Shown here piece by piece: positions 25,503 to 39,000 of a stretch of DNA of 64,000 nt; position 1 is the stretch's first letter; each line of letters begins with the position of its first letter. A program made the position numbers and the translations under genes. The notes below the pieces were generated by a model. The model did no database searches, was not told where the DNA came from, and worked only from the letters and a program-made list of their open reading frames with translations. The stretch comes from Piromyces finnis finn (taxonomy: Eukaryota; Fungi; Neocallimastigomycota): the NCBI GenBank assembly GCA_002104945.1, contig MCFH01000011.1:124001-188000 (forward strand), written 5' to 3'.

Positions 25503-28265
25503 ATGATAAATTCAAATTTCATAAAAAAATATTTATTACTCATTTCTATCAATGTAATACTCATTAAAAATGTTTACTGTGAATATTACAGTTCTGACAA
25601 TAAAGTTGTAACCATTGAAAATATATATACAAATCTTTGCATAGCTTTTAAATCAAAGGATTATACAGCTAGACTTACTAATTGTAATAAAAGTGATTTA
25701 AAACAACAATGGATTGTACCAAAAAAAGGTAGTGGATATTATGTAAATAGATATAATACAAATATCTGTATTTACATAAAGGAAAATAAAGCAATTATTA
25801 CTAGTTTATGTTCAGAGTATAAAACTAATATGGGAGATATTTTAGTCTCAAAAAGTACAGAATCTCTTTGGACTCCTTCTGATTCTACTTTTTGTATGAG
25901 TATATTTGAAGATGATTTATCATTAATCAATGATGCTAGTGTTAGAAAAAATCCAACTATAAAGGTAAAAATGTATACTTGTAACGGTTCAAATTTGTAT
26001 CAACATTGGAAAATGAATACTATTTCTACTAATTATCCAGCAGTTACTACAAATACAAAAGTGTCAACAACAACGGTTACTCCATCTTCAACCCAAAGTG
26101 CTCGTTATACTCCATTATCAATGAATGAATCTGATAAACCATTAGATAATCCATACAGAGGATGGTTCCGTGGTGCTGTTACAGTTGATTTAAATGACTA
26201 TCCTGAACTTGACTGTAACTACATTAACAGATTCCATTCTGTTCGAAATTACAGAAATGGATTACAATATCTTGGTGTTAGATTAGCAGAATTTAAAGAT
26301 AGAAAAATTTCAAAGAAAGCTCTCGCTGCTTTAGACAATTTATTAAATGAATATAAAAAAAGAAAGGAAACCGTAGATCCAACAACTCAAATTATATTAA
26401 GATTTTATTATGATGGTGCAAATAATTGTAAAACAAAACCAAATTCTTTTGACCCTGTCATATCATTTATTGATGATGACAATGATTCAGATACCGACTC
26501 ATACAGTAAATTTAGTCAAATGGATGATGGATATTTATATGTTAATCATGAAGACCTTGAATACTTACAAGATAGATACAATCCAAATATTCTTTATTCA
26601 AATGAATCCTCTAAAAGTTCAATAAAAGCAAAGTCTAATACACAAGATAATGAAGCTACCGATAATGAAACTGAGAATACTCAAGTAATCGGATATCTTA
26701 ATGATGAAAATGATCTTGTTGTTCTTAATTTAAATAACGGAATGGGAAATACTAAACAAATTCAATTGAGTGAAGAAATGCAACAAAAATTAAGTTATAA
26801 AAGAAAACATTTCGGTAAACGTTTCCATAACAAAAATTATAAGAATGGTATTAAGGGTAAAGAATTAGAGGACTATCTTGAACATTCTGTTTTTATAAAT
26901 GACAAATTAAACAAAACTAAATTATTTGAAAACAATAAAAAATTGGGTAGGGCTGATGATAGTGAAGAATACATAATTAAAAATGCAACTATAAGTGATT
27001 TAAATAAATCTTATATTAATGTAGCCAAAGAACTTCAAGAAGTTGGATATTATCAATGTTTAGAATATTCACCAGATGATCCAAAAAAGTGTATTAGAAG
27101 TAAAAAAGTTAATACTTATTGTATATATCAAGTCAGTACTTATACTGGTTGTGAAATATATTCCACTTATGATATGGAACCAGAAAATGTAAATACAATC
27201 TTAATTCATATAACTCAATTATCAGACATTGTAAATAAATATAAGGACTTAGTATACATATATCAAGGTTCATTTGTCGGAACTTATGGTGAAATGCATC
27301 ATTCAAATTATCTTGATATTGATAATTTAACTCGTATTATGGATACTATTGAAAAAACGTTTGATCCATCGATATTTTTAAGTGTAAGAACACCTCGTTT
27401 TTACAGAGGTATTAAAAATTCATTTAATGTGATGCCAGGAGTTAATTATACATCTATCATAAATAGAATGGGATTATACAATGACGGTATGTTTTATAGT
27501 GAATCTGACTATGGTACCTATGGTAATTCAGATATTAGTGTTAACAATGGCTTTGTATCTGCCTATCGATCTCAGGAAGTTCAATTTCAAAACACTATAT
27601 GTTTAAATGTTCCAAATGGTGGTGAAGGTGTATTTAACAGAAATGTAAATGATGCCTATACAAATGTTTCTGATATCTCAAAAATTAATTCGCTATTAAC
27701 ATCCCCAGAAACATACATTAACTTTTATGTTTCTGAGGCCCATGCAAGAAATATTCATTTATCTTATTTAAACGATGAATATGACAAGGGATTATTTGAT
27801 CATTGGAACAAAACTTTAGCCAAGAATATTATTGGAACAAGTTGGAATGTTAATGGTGCTGATTATATTGCTAATCATTTAGGATATAGATATGTTATAA
27901 GAAGTAGTAAATTACTTTCTACTAATGTTTTAGATATTGTTATTGAAAATGTTGGTTACGCACCTGCCTATGTCTCCTTTAATACCAAGGTTTCATTAGT
28001 TTCAACATCACCTTCTCAAAATATAGAAATTAATATAAATTCTGATAATAAAAAATGGGGATTTATCAAGCAAGGAAATGAATATATTAAAACTGTTACT
28101 CTTTCCATTAATTTAACTAATTATTACTCAAATTTTAAAAGTAACAGTTATAATGTTTACTTTAACGTTCATGATCCAAGAACCGATGTTGATATTCAAT
28201 TAGGTAATACAAACACTTACTATGATGGTTTGGGCTATAGAGTTGGTATTCTTACTATTAGTTAA
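25503..28265 (+). CDS. Secreted putative glycoside hydrolase: signal peptide, ricin-B/CBM13-like lectin, Thr-rich linker, DUF4874/DUF4832-like catalytic region
   Basis: 920-aa intronless ORF with a hydrophobic N-terminus and C-x-...-QxW repeats (LKQQW, LYQHW). Motifs DNPYRGW, ILRFYYD, HITQL, SFVGTYGEMH, RMGLYNDG, SDYGTY, PNGGE, HLSYLN, HLGYRY and IENVGYAP match my recollection of DUF4874/DUF4832 proteins. Confidence 0.7.
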   Translation: MINSNFIKKYLLLISINVILIKNVYCEYYSSDNKVVTIENIYTNLCIAFKSKDYTARLTNCNKSDLKQQWIVPKKGSGYYVNRYNTNICIYIKENKAIITSLCSEYKTNMGDILVSKSTESLWTPSDSTFCMSIFEDDLSLINDASVRKNPTIKVKMYTCNGSNLYQHWKMNTISTNYPAVTTNTKVSTTTVTPSSTQSARYTPLSMNESDKPLDNPYRGWFRGAVTVDLNDYPELDCNYINRFHSVRNYRNGLQYLGVRLAEFKDRKISKKALAALDNLLNEYKKRKETVDPTTQIILRFYYDGANNCKTKPNSFDPVISFIDDDNDSDTDSYSKFSQMDDGYLYVNHEDLEYLQDRYNPNILYSNESSKSSIKAKSNTQDNEATDNETENTQVIGYLNDENDLVVLNLNNGMGNTKQIQLSEEMQQKLSYKRKHFGKRFHNKNYKNGIKGKELEDYLEHSVFINDKLNKTKLFENNKKLGRADDSEEYIIKNATISDLNKSYINVAKELQEVGYYQCLEYSPDDPKKCIRSKKVNTYCIYQVSTYTGCEIYSTYDMEPENVNTILIHITQLSDIVNKYKDLVYIYQGSFVGTYGEMHHSNYLDIDNLTRIMDTIEKTFDPSIFLSVRTPRFYRGIKNSFNVMPGVNYTSIINRMGLYNDGMFYSESDYGTYGNSDISVNNGFVSAYRSQEVQFQNTICLNVPNGGEGVFNRNVNDAYTNVSDISKINSLLTSPETYINFYVSEAHARNIHLSYLNDEYDKGLFDHWNKTLAKNIIGTSWNVNGADYIANHLGYRYVIRSSKLLSTNVLDIVIENVGYAPAYVSFNTKVSLVSTSPSQNIEININSDNKKWGFIKQGNEYIKTVTLSINLTNYYSNFKSNSYNVYFNVHDPRTDVDIQLGNTNTYYDGLGYRVGILTIS

Positions 28266-28620
28266 ATAATAAATAACATCATTTATTAAATAAATGATTT
28301 ATTATAATTCAACTGTATATATATGTATATTATATTTTAAACAATAAAGTATACGATAACAAGAAAATAGATAATAAAAATTATAAAAATAATTGTATAT
28401 TAATAGTAAATAATAAATAGTATCAATAAATAATAAAAATAAATAAAAAAAAGTTTAAAAAAAGCTGATTTTCATATAAGCATTAATTTTATCTTCTTAT
28501 AATATCGTTCACAAATTATCATTTTAATTGAAAAACAGTTGATCTAGTATTTAATATACTATAATATAAAATATTTACATTTAATAATGTAATGTTTAAA
28601 TATTTTTATTATTAATAAGG

Positions 28621-28748
<128 letters not shown>

Positions 28749-28885
28749 GATAGAACTATTCAAATGTCTTTTGCTAAGATAATTTAACATTTTGACACTC
28801 TTAGTTATTGTTTAAATCTTTTGAATATTGACCATTGTTGGCTAATAACATAAGTCATTATTATGGTTAAAGGTTTCCTGTCAAT
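28749..28885 (-). pseudogene. Degenerate remnants of older copies of the same LINE family
   Basis: Translates LTIIMTYVISQQWSIFKRFK...KSV versus the young LTKIMPFAIGQQWSMFKRFEATSKSV. My hand alignment gives about 15 differences in about 80 nt. Confidence 0.7.
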
Positions 28886-31800
28886 CTCTTTAAATATATC
28901 ATTAATAAAGAGATTAAAAAGAATAGGCGAAAGTGGGCAACCTTGACGGACTCCTTTCTTCACATCAAAAGATTTCGAGAATTGTCCATCTAATTTGACA
29001 TTAGCCTTAGATGTTAAATATAAATTTTTGATGAATTGTAAACTCTTACCTCGGATTCCTAAACAATCTAATTTATGGAGAATATTACCGATTGGGACTG
29101 AATCGTATGCTTTCCTGAGATCTAAAAAGGCCAAATATGTCTCTTTATTATCTAATTGACGTCTACGGCATATTTCTTGGATTGAAATGAAAAGACTGAT
29201 ACTTTCTTCCTTTTTCCGAAAACCAAATTGTTCAGGTCTAATGAAATTATTCTTTAAACCATATTCTGAGATTCTAGTGGTGACAATTTTGGAGATCAAC
29301 TTAATACCATTATTGATAAGTGATATACCTCGATAGTTATCACAATCTGTCAAATCTCCCTTCTTAGGAATAGAAACAATACTGGATTCATTCCATGAGT
29401 TGGGGAAATCTCCATCCCAAATACGGTTGAATAATTTAAGAATAAAATTTAAACCATGAGCATCATTATCTGAAATAGTATTACCGGAAGAATTATTATC
29501 TGTAGCATTATTAGAATCATTACTTGATGGAACTAATGCTTTGTAAAATTCAATTGGAATACCATCCGGACCTGATGCTTTATAATTTGGAGTAGTGAGG
29601 ATAGCTGACTTGACTTCATCAATACTAATATCTTGGTTGATATCCCACTCATCAAGCATAGGAAGTGAAAAACGTTTATTCGTTGGTTCTTCATACCAAT
29701 GCTCCAAATCAAGACTTACACCACTTGGGTCTGATGCAAGATTTTCGAAATGATCATGCCACACATCTAGTTGTTCTTCCGTAGCAACAACTAATTCTCC
29801 ATTTTTATTTTTAATTGGTTGAGCAATAAAGAAAGAATCTTTTCCAATTTTTGCAGTTTTCTTGATCCATTTCCAGGCCTTCTTAGGATTATGACTCTTC
29901 ATATACTCACATCCTGTTTTAATCCAATGAAGATATTCTTGCTTCCTAAATTCATTACATCTTTTGTGGATGTAATCAATGAGTTTACGGTAGATTTTAA
30001 TTCTTTTAATAAATTCATCTATATCATAAATTCTTTCTTTTTTAAATCTCTTATACAACTTCATTTTGATTTTTTGAAGATTAAAAATTTGTTGTGAAAT
30101 ATGAAATGAAGACTTAATAACATTATTTGCTGAAGTAATACTGAGCTCGTCTGCAATTGAAAAAGCAGTTGAAGTAAACTCTTTGGAAAGTTCATCTGTA
30201 GAAACATTAGGATCGTTGAATTTTGCTGAAAGAATTTGGAATTTATTATGACTGATAATAGATTCCTTTTCCTCAATACATTTTAATCTATTCCATTTCA
30301 GAATTTTCTTAGGAACATTAAAGTCATTAGAAAAATCTTCCATAGGAATAATTTTACCATTAATAAGAAGTGGCTTATGGTCTGATACAGGATAAAAATT
30401 ATTTATAAATGATCCTGAGTGAATAAGATCTTTCATCTTCGAATTGATAAGAGCATGGTCAATGTCGGAAGATTGATCACCTCGAGTCCAAGAGATAGTC
30501 GACCCTCTAAGCGGAAGAATTTCCCAATCTCCTAATCCATTAGTTGATAACCAGTTGGATAATTTTACTTTAGACATATTAAAATCACCAACAAGAATCG
30601 ATGGATGGGATGAATGAGTTTGTAACCACAAGCGAACTTCTAACTTTGCATGATCAACATAGATGTTGTGATGACTATGAGGCATATAAACATTACCAAT
30701 CGAGCATTTGAATCTATTCCAAAGACTAAAAGTATAAATAGAAATAATATACTTTCCAGAGAAGTTTTCAAGTGAGGCTTGACATGAATTGTGAAAACCT
30801 AAATATAAACCTCTCATTCCCGGAACTGATTCGTCAGCTTTCTTGAAAAAGTGTCTATAGTTTCGCAAAGTAACACGACAAGGATAATCTGTATTCGATC
30901 CAGAACCATTACCAGTTTCTTGGAAACATAAGAATAATGGTTTGAAAATAGCTGTGAAATAGCTAATACTATCTCTCTTTTCGTGATTCCACCCATTGGT
31001 GTTCCAACTAAGACAAAAAGAAAAGTTATCAGGCTTGTTGGATGAGGAAGAATCGTTGCTATTATTATTATTATTAAAGTCATCGTTATTAATGGATGAT
31101 GCATCAGAGGAATAAGTAGAACTATAATTAGATGGCTGTAAAACTGAAGAACTATCAACTATTGAACTGTTATCAGAGTTGATAGAACTATTAGAATTAA
31201 TTGTTGAATGTTGAGATTGAAATTGTGTTTGCTGTAGATCTGGAATATTTTCATGATGGGAAACTTGTTGAAGATCTTGTTGAAGATCTTGTTGAAGATC
31301 GGATTGTTGATGAGATTGTTGAACTGATTGTTGAAATGATTGTTGAATAGAATGTTGATGTTTATTAGAAACTAAAATTTTACGTTTGAGAGTGGAAAAA
31401 GTGTATTTGTGATTCCTTCTACTACGAGCTGAAAAGGAAATTGAGGTAACTGAAAGTTTCTTCTTTAACATGTGTAAGATTTTAATACAATCTTTTGATG
31501 AACCATGAACCTTGACTAAGAAAAAGTGATCATTGAAAGTCTGAAAATATTTAACACTAATAACTGAATTAAATTTATCTTCTAGAATAACCTCGAGTTT
31601 TTCCCATAGCATATTTACTGACCATGATCGAATACCACGGATAAAGAAGGAGCGAATATCATCTAAGGGGATACCATAAGACCGGGTACCACGTCTGATA
31701 TAATTCTTGTCTTTAATATAAAGGACTGACATGATAATAAATTCTAATTAAAAATATTGAATATAAAATAAATACTAATAAAAATTATAAATATAACGTA

Positions 31801-32501
31801 TATGGAAAAAAAATCTTTCTCTCTCTCTCTTCTTAAAAGTACTGGATAGAACAAAAATTGTTACGATGCTTTGTTTAAAGTTTCTTTTTTTTTTGAATTC
31901 TAGTTGCAAATTTTCTTTAAAAATTCTAGTTTTGGTTTGTTGTTAGTAAATTCGATTCGCTTTTTGACACTAAAATTGTTTGACTTTACTTTTCATTAAA
32001 TATTTAAATTGGTAAAAAATTTGAATCAAGAATGTCGACACCAGAAAGCTTGTAAATAGTATTTTTACATGATGTAGAGTGAATCAGTCTCTTACAAGAA
32101 ACAATACAACAATAGCTACATGAATATAAAAATACAATGCAAATGCTAAAGTTGACTACATTGGATTCTTACAAGAGAAGAGTAGTACTACATGAATACA
32201 TGAATAAAAGAAAAAAATACAGCAACAAAATGTATTACTCTTCTAATTAAATACTATACAAACTTACCTGAATATCAAACATTCAACTTATTCATCAAAT
32301 ACTTAAATTCGATGGATAAATGTTTTTTAATCGCTCAGTACCATGAGCTTAGTCCTAATAATTTTCCCTTAAAGACTAACCAAGCATCCATTGCGCAATG
32401 CTTGGATTTAATTCTTTCTACTCTCTCAGTACCATGAGCATGAGTAGACCCCCTTGAGAAACTACATTTATTAAATAAATGAAGGCACGTTCCCAAGAGG
32501 G
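28886..32501 (-). mobile_element. LINE copy H: intact 5' end (1 monomer) and ORF from ATG 31732 to mid-RT; 3' third missing
   Basis: Identity with the 1508-aa ORF stops at ...NDIFKE (28886), before the FADD motif. No poly(A). Confidence 0.92.
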
Positions 32502-32502
32502 A

Positions 32503-32562
32503 ATTTTGGTTAGAAGTTCCGCGGTTACCGTCAAGAATGGTGTTCCTTCGTTAGTACCAGAT

Positions 32563-32565
<3 letters not shown>
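32503..32565 (-). mobile_element. 63-bp internal LINE fragment (G) from the end of the ORF
   Basis: Matches the segment encoding QSGTNEGTPFLTVTAELLTKI. It lies between the poly(A) of copy F and the 5' monomer of copy H. Confidence 0.9.
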
Positions 32566-32598
<33 letters not shown>

Positions 32599-35500
32599 GG
32601 CATCAAATATTTTTACACTTTATTATTAATTTAATTAAAATTATAATACATGTAATATAAAAATTAAAATAAAATAAAAATAAAAAAAATATGTTTAAAT
32701 AAACACAAATGAATAAAAATTGGGTATAATGTATTCTAGTAATTTTAATTAAAGTAAGAAAGCCACTATTATACTAAAGTATAATAATTGTATTTGACTT
32801 CCAATGGGACACCGAGCCAAAGATCAAAATTTTATCATGGGACAAAATTATGATCTCCATTGGTTGCGCTGGCCCTCCTGGCCTGTCTTACTGTTTCTTC
32901 AGCATTGACGCTCTTGGATGTTGCTTCAAACCTTTTGAACATTGACCATTGCTGGCCAATAGCAAAAGGCATGATTTTGGTTAGAAGTTCCGCGGTTACC
33001 GTCAAGAATGGTGTTCCTTCGTTAGTACCAGATTGAATCTGACGCTTACAAAGTTCTTTCCATTCCCTTGAATTGTAATTGATATTGTTAAAACTTCTTC
33101 CCCCAAGAAGGAATTTAAATATTTTACTGCACACACTAGAATAATCATACACATTAATATTCACCGGATTATTAGAACTATTACTATCATTAACTAAATT
33201 ACTATCTAAATTAGAATTATTATCTTCACTATTGCTATCATTACTAATATTATTATTTCTATTACTACTATTGTTATTATTACTATTTCTATTATTACTA
33301 TTACTATTGTAATTATTATTACTACTATTGTTACTATTACTATTAATGTTATTACTATCTCTACTGATATTATCAATTTCATTATTATTGATAGGACTAT
33401 TGGAATTACGTTGACTGAAAAAATTTAATAGCTGGACTATAGAATCATAATGTTTAATACGGATATCTCTAAATGTTGGACAATCTAATAACCAATGTAT
33501 AATACTTTGATCTCCACACTTGCAACATGGACAGTAGTTAGGGCAAACTGGATCAACAAATTTAGCAGCTTTGGCAACTCTAGCATCCAACTTGTATCCG
33601 CTTCTTGCTTTCAAGAGCCAGTAGAAGCCATAGGCAAACTCTGGGTACTCATAACATAATTTAATAAAATCTTTAGTTTCAATAAATTTATTATCATCAT
33701 AATATTGCGCTTTGATTGAATTCCCTTTGAGATCTTTCCAATAAAAGTTTTTAACTGCTTTAACATCTCCATGTTTCTTTAGTTTTTTATCAAGTGTCCT
33801 ACTTGATTTGCACCACGTGTATTTTCTAAATTTAGGAATGTAATTGACAAGGTGTGAGATAATACAATTTGAGTTTTTCCATTTGTTAAAACATCTAACC
33901 TGAGCTAACGCACATTTGGCTGACAATGGAGGAATATTCAAATCTTTTGAAATAGAGTATAAAGATATAAACGATACAGCTTTATGAACTCCGGCAACCC
34001 ATCGTATTCCTTTGTTAACATGCTTCTGAGCAATCTTAGACCTAGCTTTGTTGGATCCAAGTAATGGTGCAAAGTATGAAACTCTGCTAATCACTTGAGA
34101 GTTAAGTACTAGTTTTTTGAAAGGAATAGGAATATTAGGATTTCTTAAGAATTTACTGACTGAGAAAAGCCCTTTCAAAACCTTGTTATTAAGAGCTTTA
34201 ATTACTGGTTTAAGGGACAGATTCTTATCAAATGGAACACCAAGATAAGTGTAGCAGTCAGTAGTTGGAATGGGTTGTCCTGCTAAGTAAAATGTTGGAT
34301 CTCTCTTGTTCTGATTTTCTATTGATTCAGGACGAATCACCATCGTTGAACATTTCTGGATACCAAATTCCATTTCATTATACAAGGCCCATTCATTAAC
34401 TCTTCTAAGCATCTTTTTTAAGCATCCTCTTGTTGGAGCACAAATAACTATATCATCTGCAAAAAGTCCACCACAGCATCGAGTGTCACCTAAACTGACT
34501 CCGAGATCTTCACACTCTTTAAATATATCATTAATAAAGAGATTAAAAAGAATAGGCGAAAGTGGGCAACCTTGACGGACTCCTTTCTTCACATCAAAAG
34601 ATTTCGAGAATTGTCCATCTAATTTGACATTAGCCTTAGATGTTAAATATAAATTTTTGATAAATTGTAAACTCTTACCTCGGATTCCTAAACAATCTAA
34701 TTTATGGAGAATATTACCGATTGGGACTGAATCGTATGCTTTCCTGAGATCTAAAAAGGCCAAATATGTCTCTTTATTATCTAATTGACGTCTACGGCAT
34801 ATTTCTTGGATTGAAATGAAAAGACTGATACTTTCTTCCTTTTTTCGAAAACCAAATTGTTCAGGTCTAATGAAATTATTCTTTAGACCATATTCTGAAA
34901 TTCTAGTGGTGACAATTTTGGAAATCAACTTAATACCATTATTGATAAGTGATATACCTCGATAGTTATCACAATCTGTCAAATCTCCCTTCTTAGGAAT
35001 AGAAACAATACTGGATTCATTCCATGAGTTGGGGAAATCTCCATCCCAAATACGGTTGAATAATTTAAGAATAAAATTTAAACCATGAGCGTCATTATCT
35101 GAAGTGGTATTACCAGAAGAATTATTATCTGTAGCATTATTAGAATCATTACTTGATGGAATTAATGCTTTGTAAAATTCAATTGGAATACCATCCGGAC
35201 CTGATGCTTTATAATTCGGAGTAGAGAGGATAGCTGACTTGACTTCATCAATACTAATATCTTGGTTGATATCCCACTCATCAAGCATAGGAAGTGAAAA
35301 ACGTTTATTCGTTGGTTCTTCATACCAATGCTCTAAATCAATACTTACACCACTTGGATCTGATGCAAGGTTTTCGAAATGATCATGCCACACTTCTAGT
35401 TGTTCTTCCGTAGCAACAACTAATTCTCCATTTTTATTTTTAATTGGTTGAGCAATAAAGAAAGAATCTTTTCCAATTTTTGCAGTTTTCTTGATCCATT

Positions 35501-35786
35501 TCCAGGCCTTCTTAGGATTATGACTCTTCATATACTCACATCCTGTTTTAATCCAATGAAGATATTCTTGCTTCCTAAATTCATTACATCTTTTGTGGAT
35601 GTAATCAATGAGCTTACGGTAGATTTTAATTCGTTTAATAAATTCATCTATATCATAAATTCTTTCTTTTTTAAATCTCTTATACAACTTCATTTTGATT
35701 TTTTGGAGATTAAAAATTTGTTGTGAAATATGAAATGAAGACTTTATAACATTATTTGCTGAAGTAATACTGAGCTCGTCTGCAAT

Positions 35787-35791
<5 letters not shown>
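32566..35791 (-). mobile_element. LINE copy F: 5'-truncated, intact RT and CCHC, 3'UTR, poly(A) 31 nt
   Basis: Starts at (F)SIADELSIT, ORF open to the stop at 32835, poly(T) on the plus strand at 32566-32596. Confidence 0.95.
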
Positions 35792-35838
<47 letters not shown>

Positions 35839-36074
35839 GGCATCAAATATTTTAAACTTTATTATTAATTTAATTAAAATTATAATACATGTAATATAAA
35901 AATTAAAATAAAATAAAAATAAAAAAAAATATGTTTAAATAAACACAAATGAATAAAAATTGGGTATAATGTATTCTAGTAATTTTAATTAAAGTAAGAA
36001 AGCCACTATCATACTAAAGTATAATAATTGTATTTGACTTCCAATGGGACACCGAGCCAAAGATCAAAATTTTA

Positions 36075-39000
36075 TCATGGGACAAAATTATGATCTCCAT
36101 TGGTTGCGCTGGCCCTCCTGGCCTGTCTTACTGTTTCTTCAGCATTGACGCTCTTGGATGTTGCTTCAAACCTTTTGAACATTGACCATTGCTGGCCAAT
36201 AGCAAAAGGCATGATTTTGGTTAGAAGTTCCGCGGTTACCGTCAAGAATGGTGTTCCTTCATTAGTACCAGATTGAATCTGACGCTTACAAAGTTCTTTC
36301 CATTCCCTTGAATTGTAATTGATATTGTTAAAACTTCTTCCCCCAAGAAGGAATTTAAATATTTTACTGCACACACTAGAATAATCATACACATTAATAT
36401 TCACCGGATTATTAGAACTATTACTATCATTAACTAAATTACTATCTAAATTAGAATTATTATCTTCACTATTGCTATCATTACTAATATTATTATTTCT
36501 ATTACTACTATTGTTATTATTACTATTGTTACTATTACTATTGTTATTATTACTATTGTTACTATTACTATTAATATTATTACTATCTCTACTGATATTA
36601 TCAATTTCATTATTATTGATAGGACTATTGGAATTACGTTGACTGAAAAAATTTAATAGCTGGACTATGGAATCATAATGTTTAATACGGATATCTCTAA
36701 ATGTTGGACAATCTAATAACCAATGTTTAATACTTTGATCTCCACACTTGCAACATGGACAGTAGTTAGGACAAACTGGATCAACAAATTTGGCAGCTTT
36801 GGCAACTCTAGCATCCAACTTGTATCCGCTTCTTGCTTTCAATAGCCAGTAGAAGCCATAGGCAAACTCTGGGTACTCATAACATAATTTAATAAAATCT
36901 TTAGTATCAATAAACTTATTATCATCATAATATTGCGCTTTGATTGAATTCCCTTTGAGATCTTTCCAATAAAAGTTTTTAACTGCTTTAACATCTCCAT
37001 GTTTCTTTAGTTTTTTATCAAGTGTCCTACTTGATTTGCACCACGTGTATTTTCTAAATTTAGGAATGTAATTGACAAGGTATGAGATAATACAATTTGA
37101 GTTTTTCCATTTGTTAAAACATCTAACCTGAGCTAATGCACATTTGGCTGACAATGGAGGAATATTCAAATCTTTTGAAATAGAGTATAAAGATATAAAC
37201 GATACAGCTTTATGAACTCCGGCAACCCATCGTATTCCTTTGTTAACATGCTTCTGTGCAATACTAGACCTGGCTTTGTTGGATCCAAGTAATGGTGCAA
37301 AGTATGAAACTCTGCTAATCACTTGTGAGTTAAGTACTAGCTTTTTGAAGGGAATAGGAATATTAGGATTTCTTAAGAATTTACTGACTGAAAAAAGCCC
37401 TTTCAAAACCTTGTTATTAAGAGCTTTAATAACTGGTTTAAGGGACAGATTCTTATCAAATGGAACACCAAGATAAGTATAACAATCAGTAGTTGGAATG
37501 GGTTGTCCTGCTAAGTAAAATGTTGGATCTCTCTTGTTCTGATTTTCTATTGATTCAGGACGAATCACCATCGTTGAACACTTCTGGATACCAAATTCCA
37601 TTTCATTATACAAGGCCCATTCATTAACTCTTCTAAGCATCTTTTTTAAGCATCCTCTTGTTGGAGCACAAATAACTATATCATCTGCAAAAAGTCCACC
37701 ACAGCATCGAGTGTCACCTAAACTGACTCCGAGATCTTCACACTCTTTAAATATATCATTAATAAAGAGATTAAAGAGAATAGGAGAAAGAGGGCATCCT
37801 TGACGGACTCCTTTCTTCACATCAAAAGATTTCGAGAATTGTCCATCTAATTTGACATTAGCCTTAGATGTTAAATATAAATTTTTGATGAATTGTAAAC
37901 TCTTACCTCGGATTCCTAAACAATCTAATTTATGGAGAATATTACCGATTGGGACTGAATCGTATGCTTTCCTGAGATCTAAAAAGGCCAAATATGTCTC
38001 TTTATTATCTAATTGACGTCTACGGCATATTTCTTGGATTGAAATGAAAAGACTAATACTTTCTTCCTTTTTTCGAAAACCAAATTGTTCAGGTCTAATG
38101 AAATTATTCTTTAGACCATATTCTGAGATTCTAGTGGTGACAATTTTGGAAATCAACTTAATACCATTATTGATAAGTGATATACCTCGATAGTTATCAC
38201 AATCTGTCAAATCTCCCTTCTTAGGAATAGAAACAATACTGGATTCATTCCATGAGTTGGGGAAGTCTCCATCCCAAATACGGTTGAATAATTTAAGAAT
38301 AAAATTTAAACCATAAGCATCATTATCTGAAGTGGTATTACCGGAAGAATTATTATCTGTAGCATTATTAGAATCATTACTTGATGGAATTAATGCTTTG
38401 TAAAATTCAATTGGAATACCATCCGGACCTGATGCTTTATAATTTGGAGTAGAGAGGATAGCTGACTTGACTTCATCAATACTAATATCTTGGTTGATAT
38501 CCCATTCATCAAGCATAGGGAGTGAAAAACGTTTATTCGTTGGTTCTTCATACCAATGCTCCAAATCAAGACTTACGCCACTTGGATCTGATGCAAGATT
38601 TTCGAAATGATCATGCCACACATCTAGTTGTTCTTCCGTAGCAACAACTAATTCTCCATTTTTATTTTTAATTGGTTGAGCAATAAAGAAAGAATCTTTT
38701 CCAATTTTTGCAGTTTTCTTGATCCATTTCCAGGCCTTCTTAGGATTATGACTCTTCATATACTCACATCCTGTTTTAATCCAATGAAGATATTCTTGTT
38801 TCCTAAATTCATTACATCTTTTGTGGATGTAATCAATGAGCTTACGGTAGATTTTAATTCTTTTAATAAATTCATCTATATCATAAATTCTTTCTTTTTT
38901 AAATCTCTTATACAACTTCATTTTGATTTTTTGGAGATTAAAAATTTGTTGTGAAATATGAAATGAAGACTTTATAACATTATTTGCTGAGGTAATACTG

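Noticed and set aside
26415-27176. Insert in the glycoside hydrolase as an intein
   Set aside because: It lacks an N-terminal Cys/Ser at the boundary and a C-terminal His-Asn followed by Cys/Ser/Thr.
29819-30097. Recurrent 92-aa antisense ORF (MSNKERIFS...) and the other small ORFs repeated in each LINE copy
   Set aside because: They recur only because the copies are near-identical. They have no motif and are antisense or alternate-frame shadows of the main ORF.
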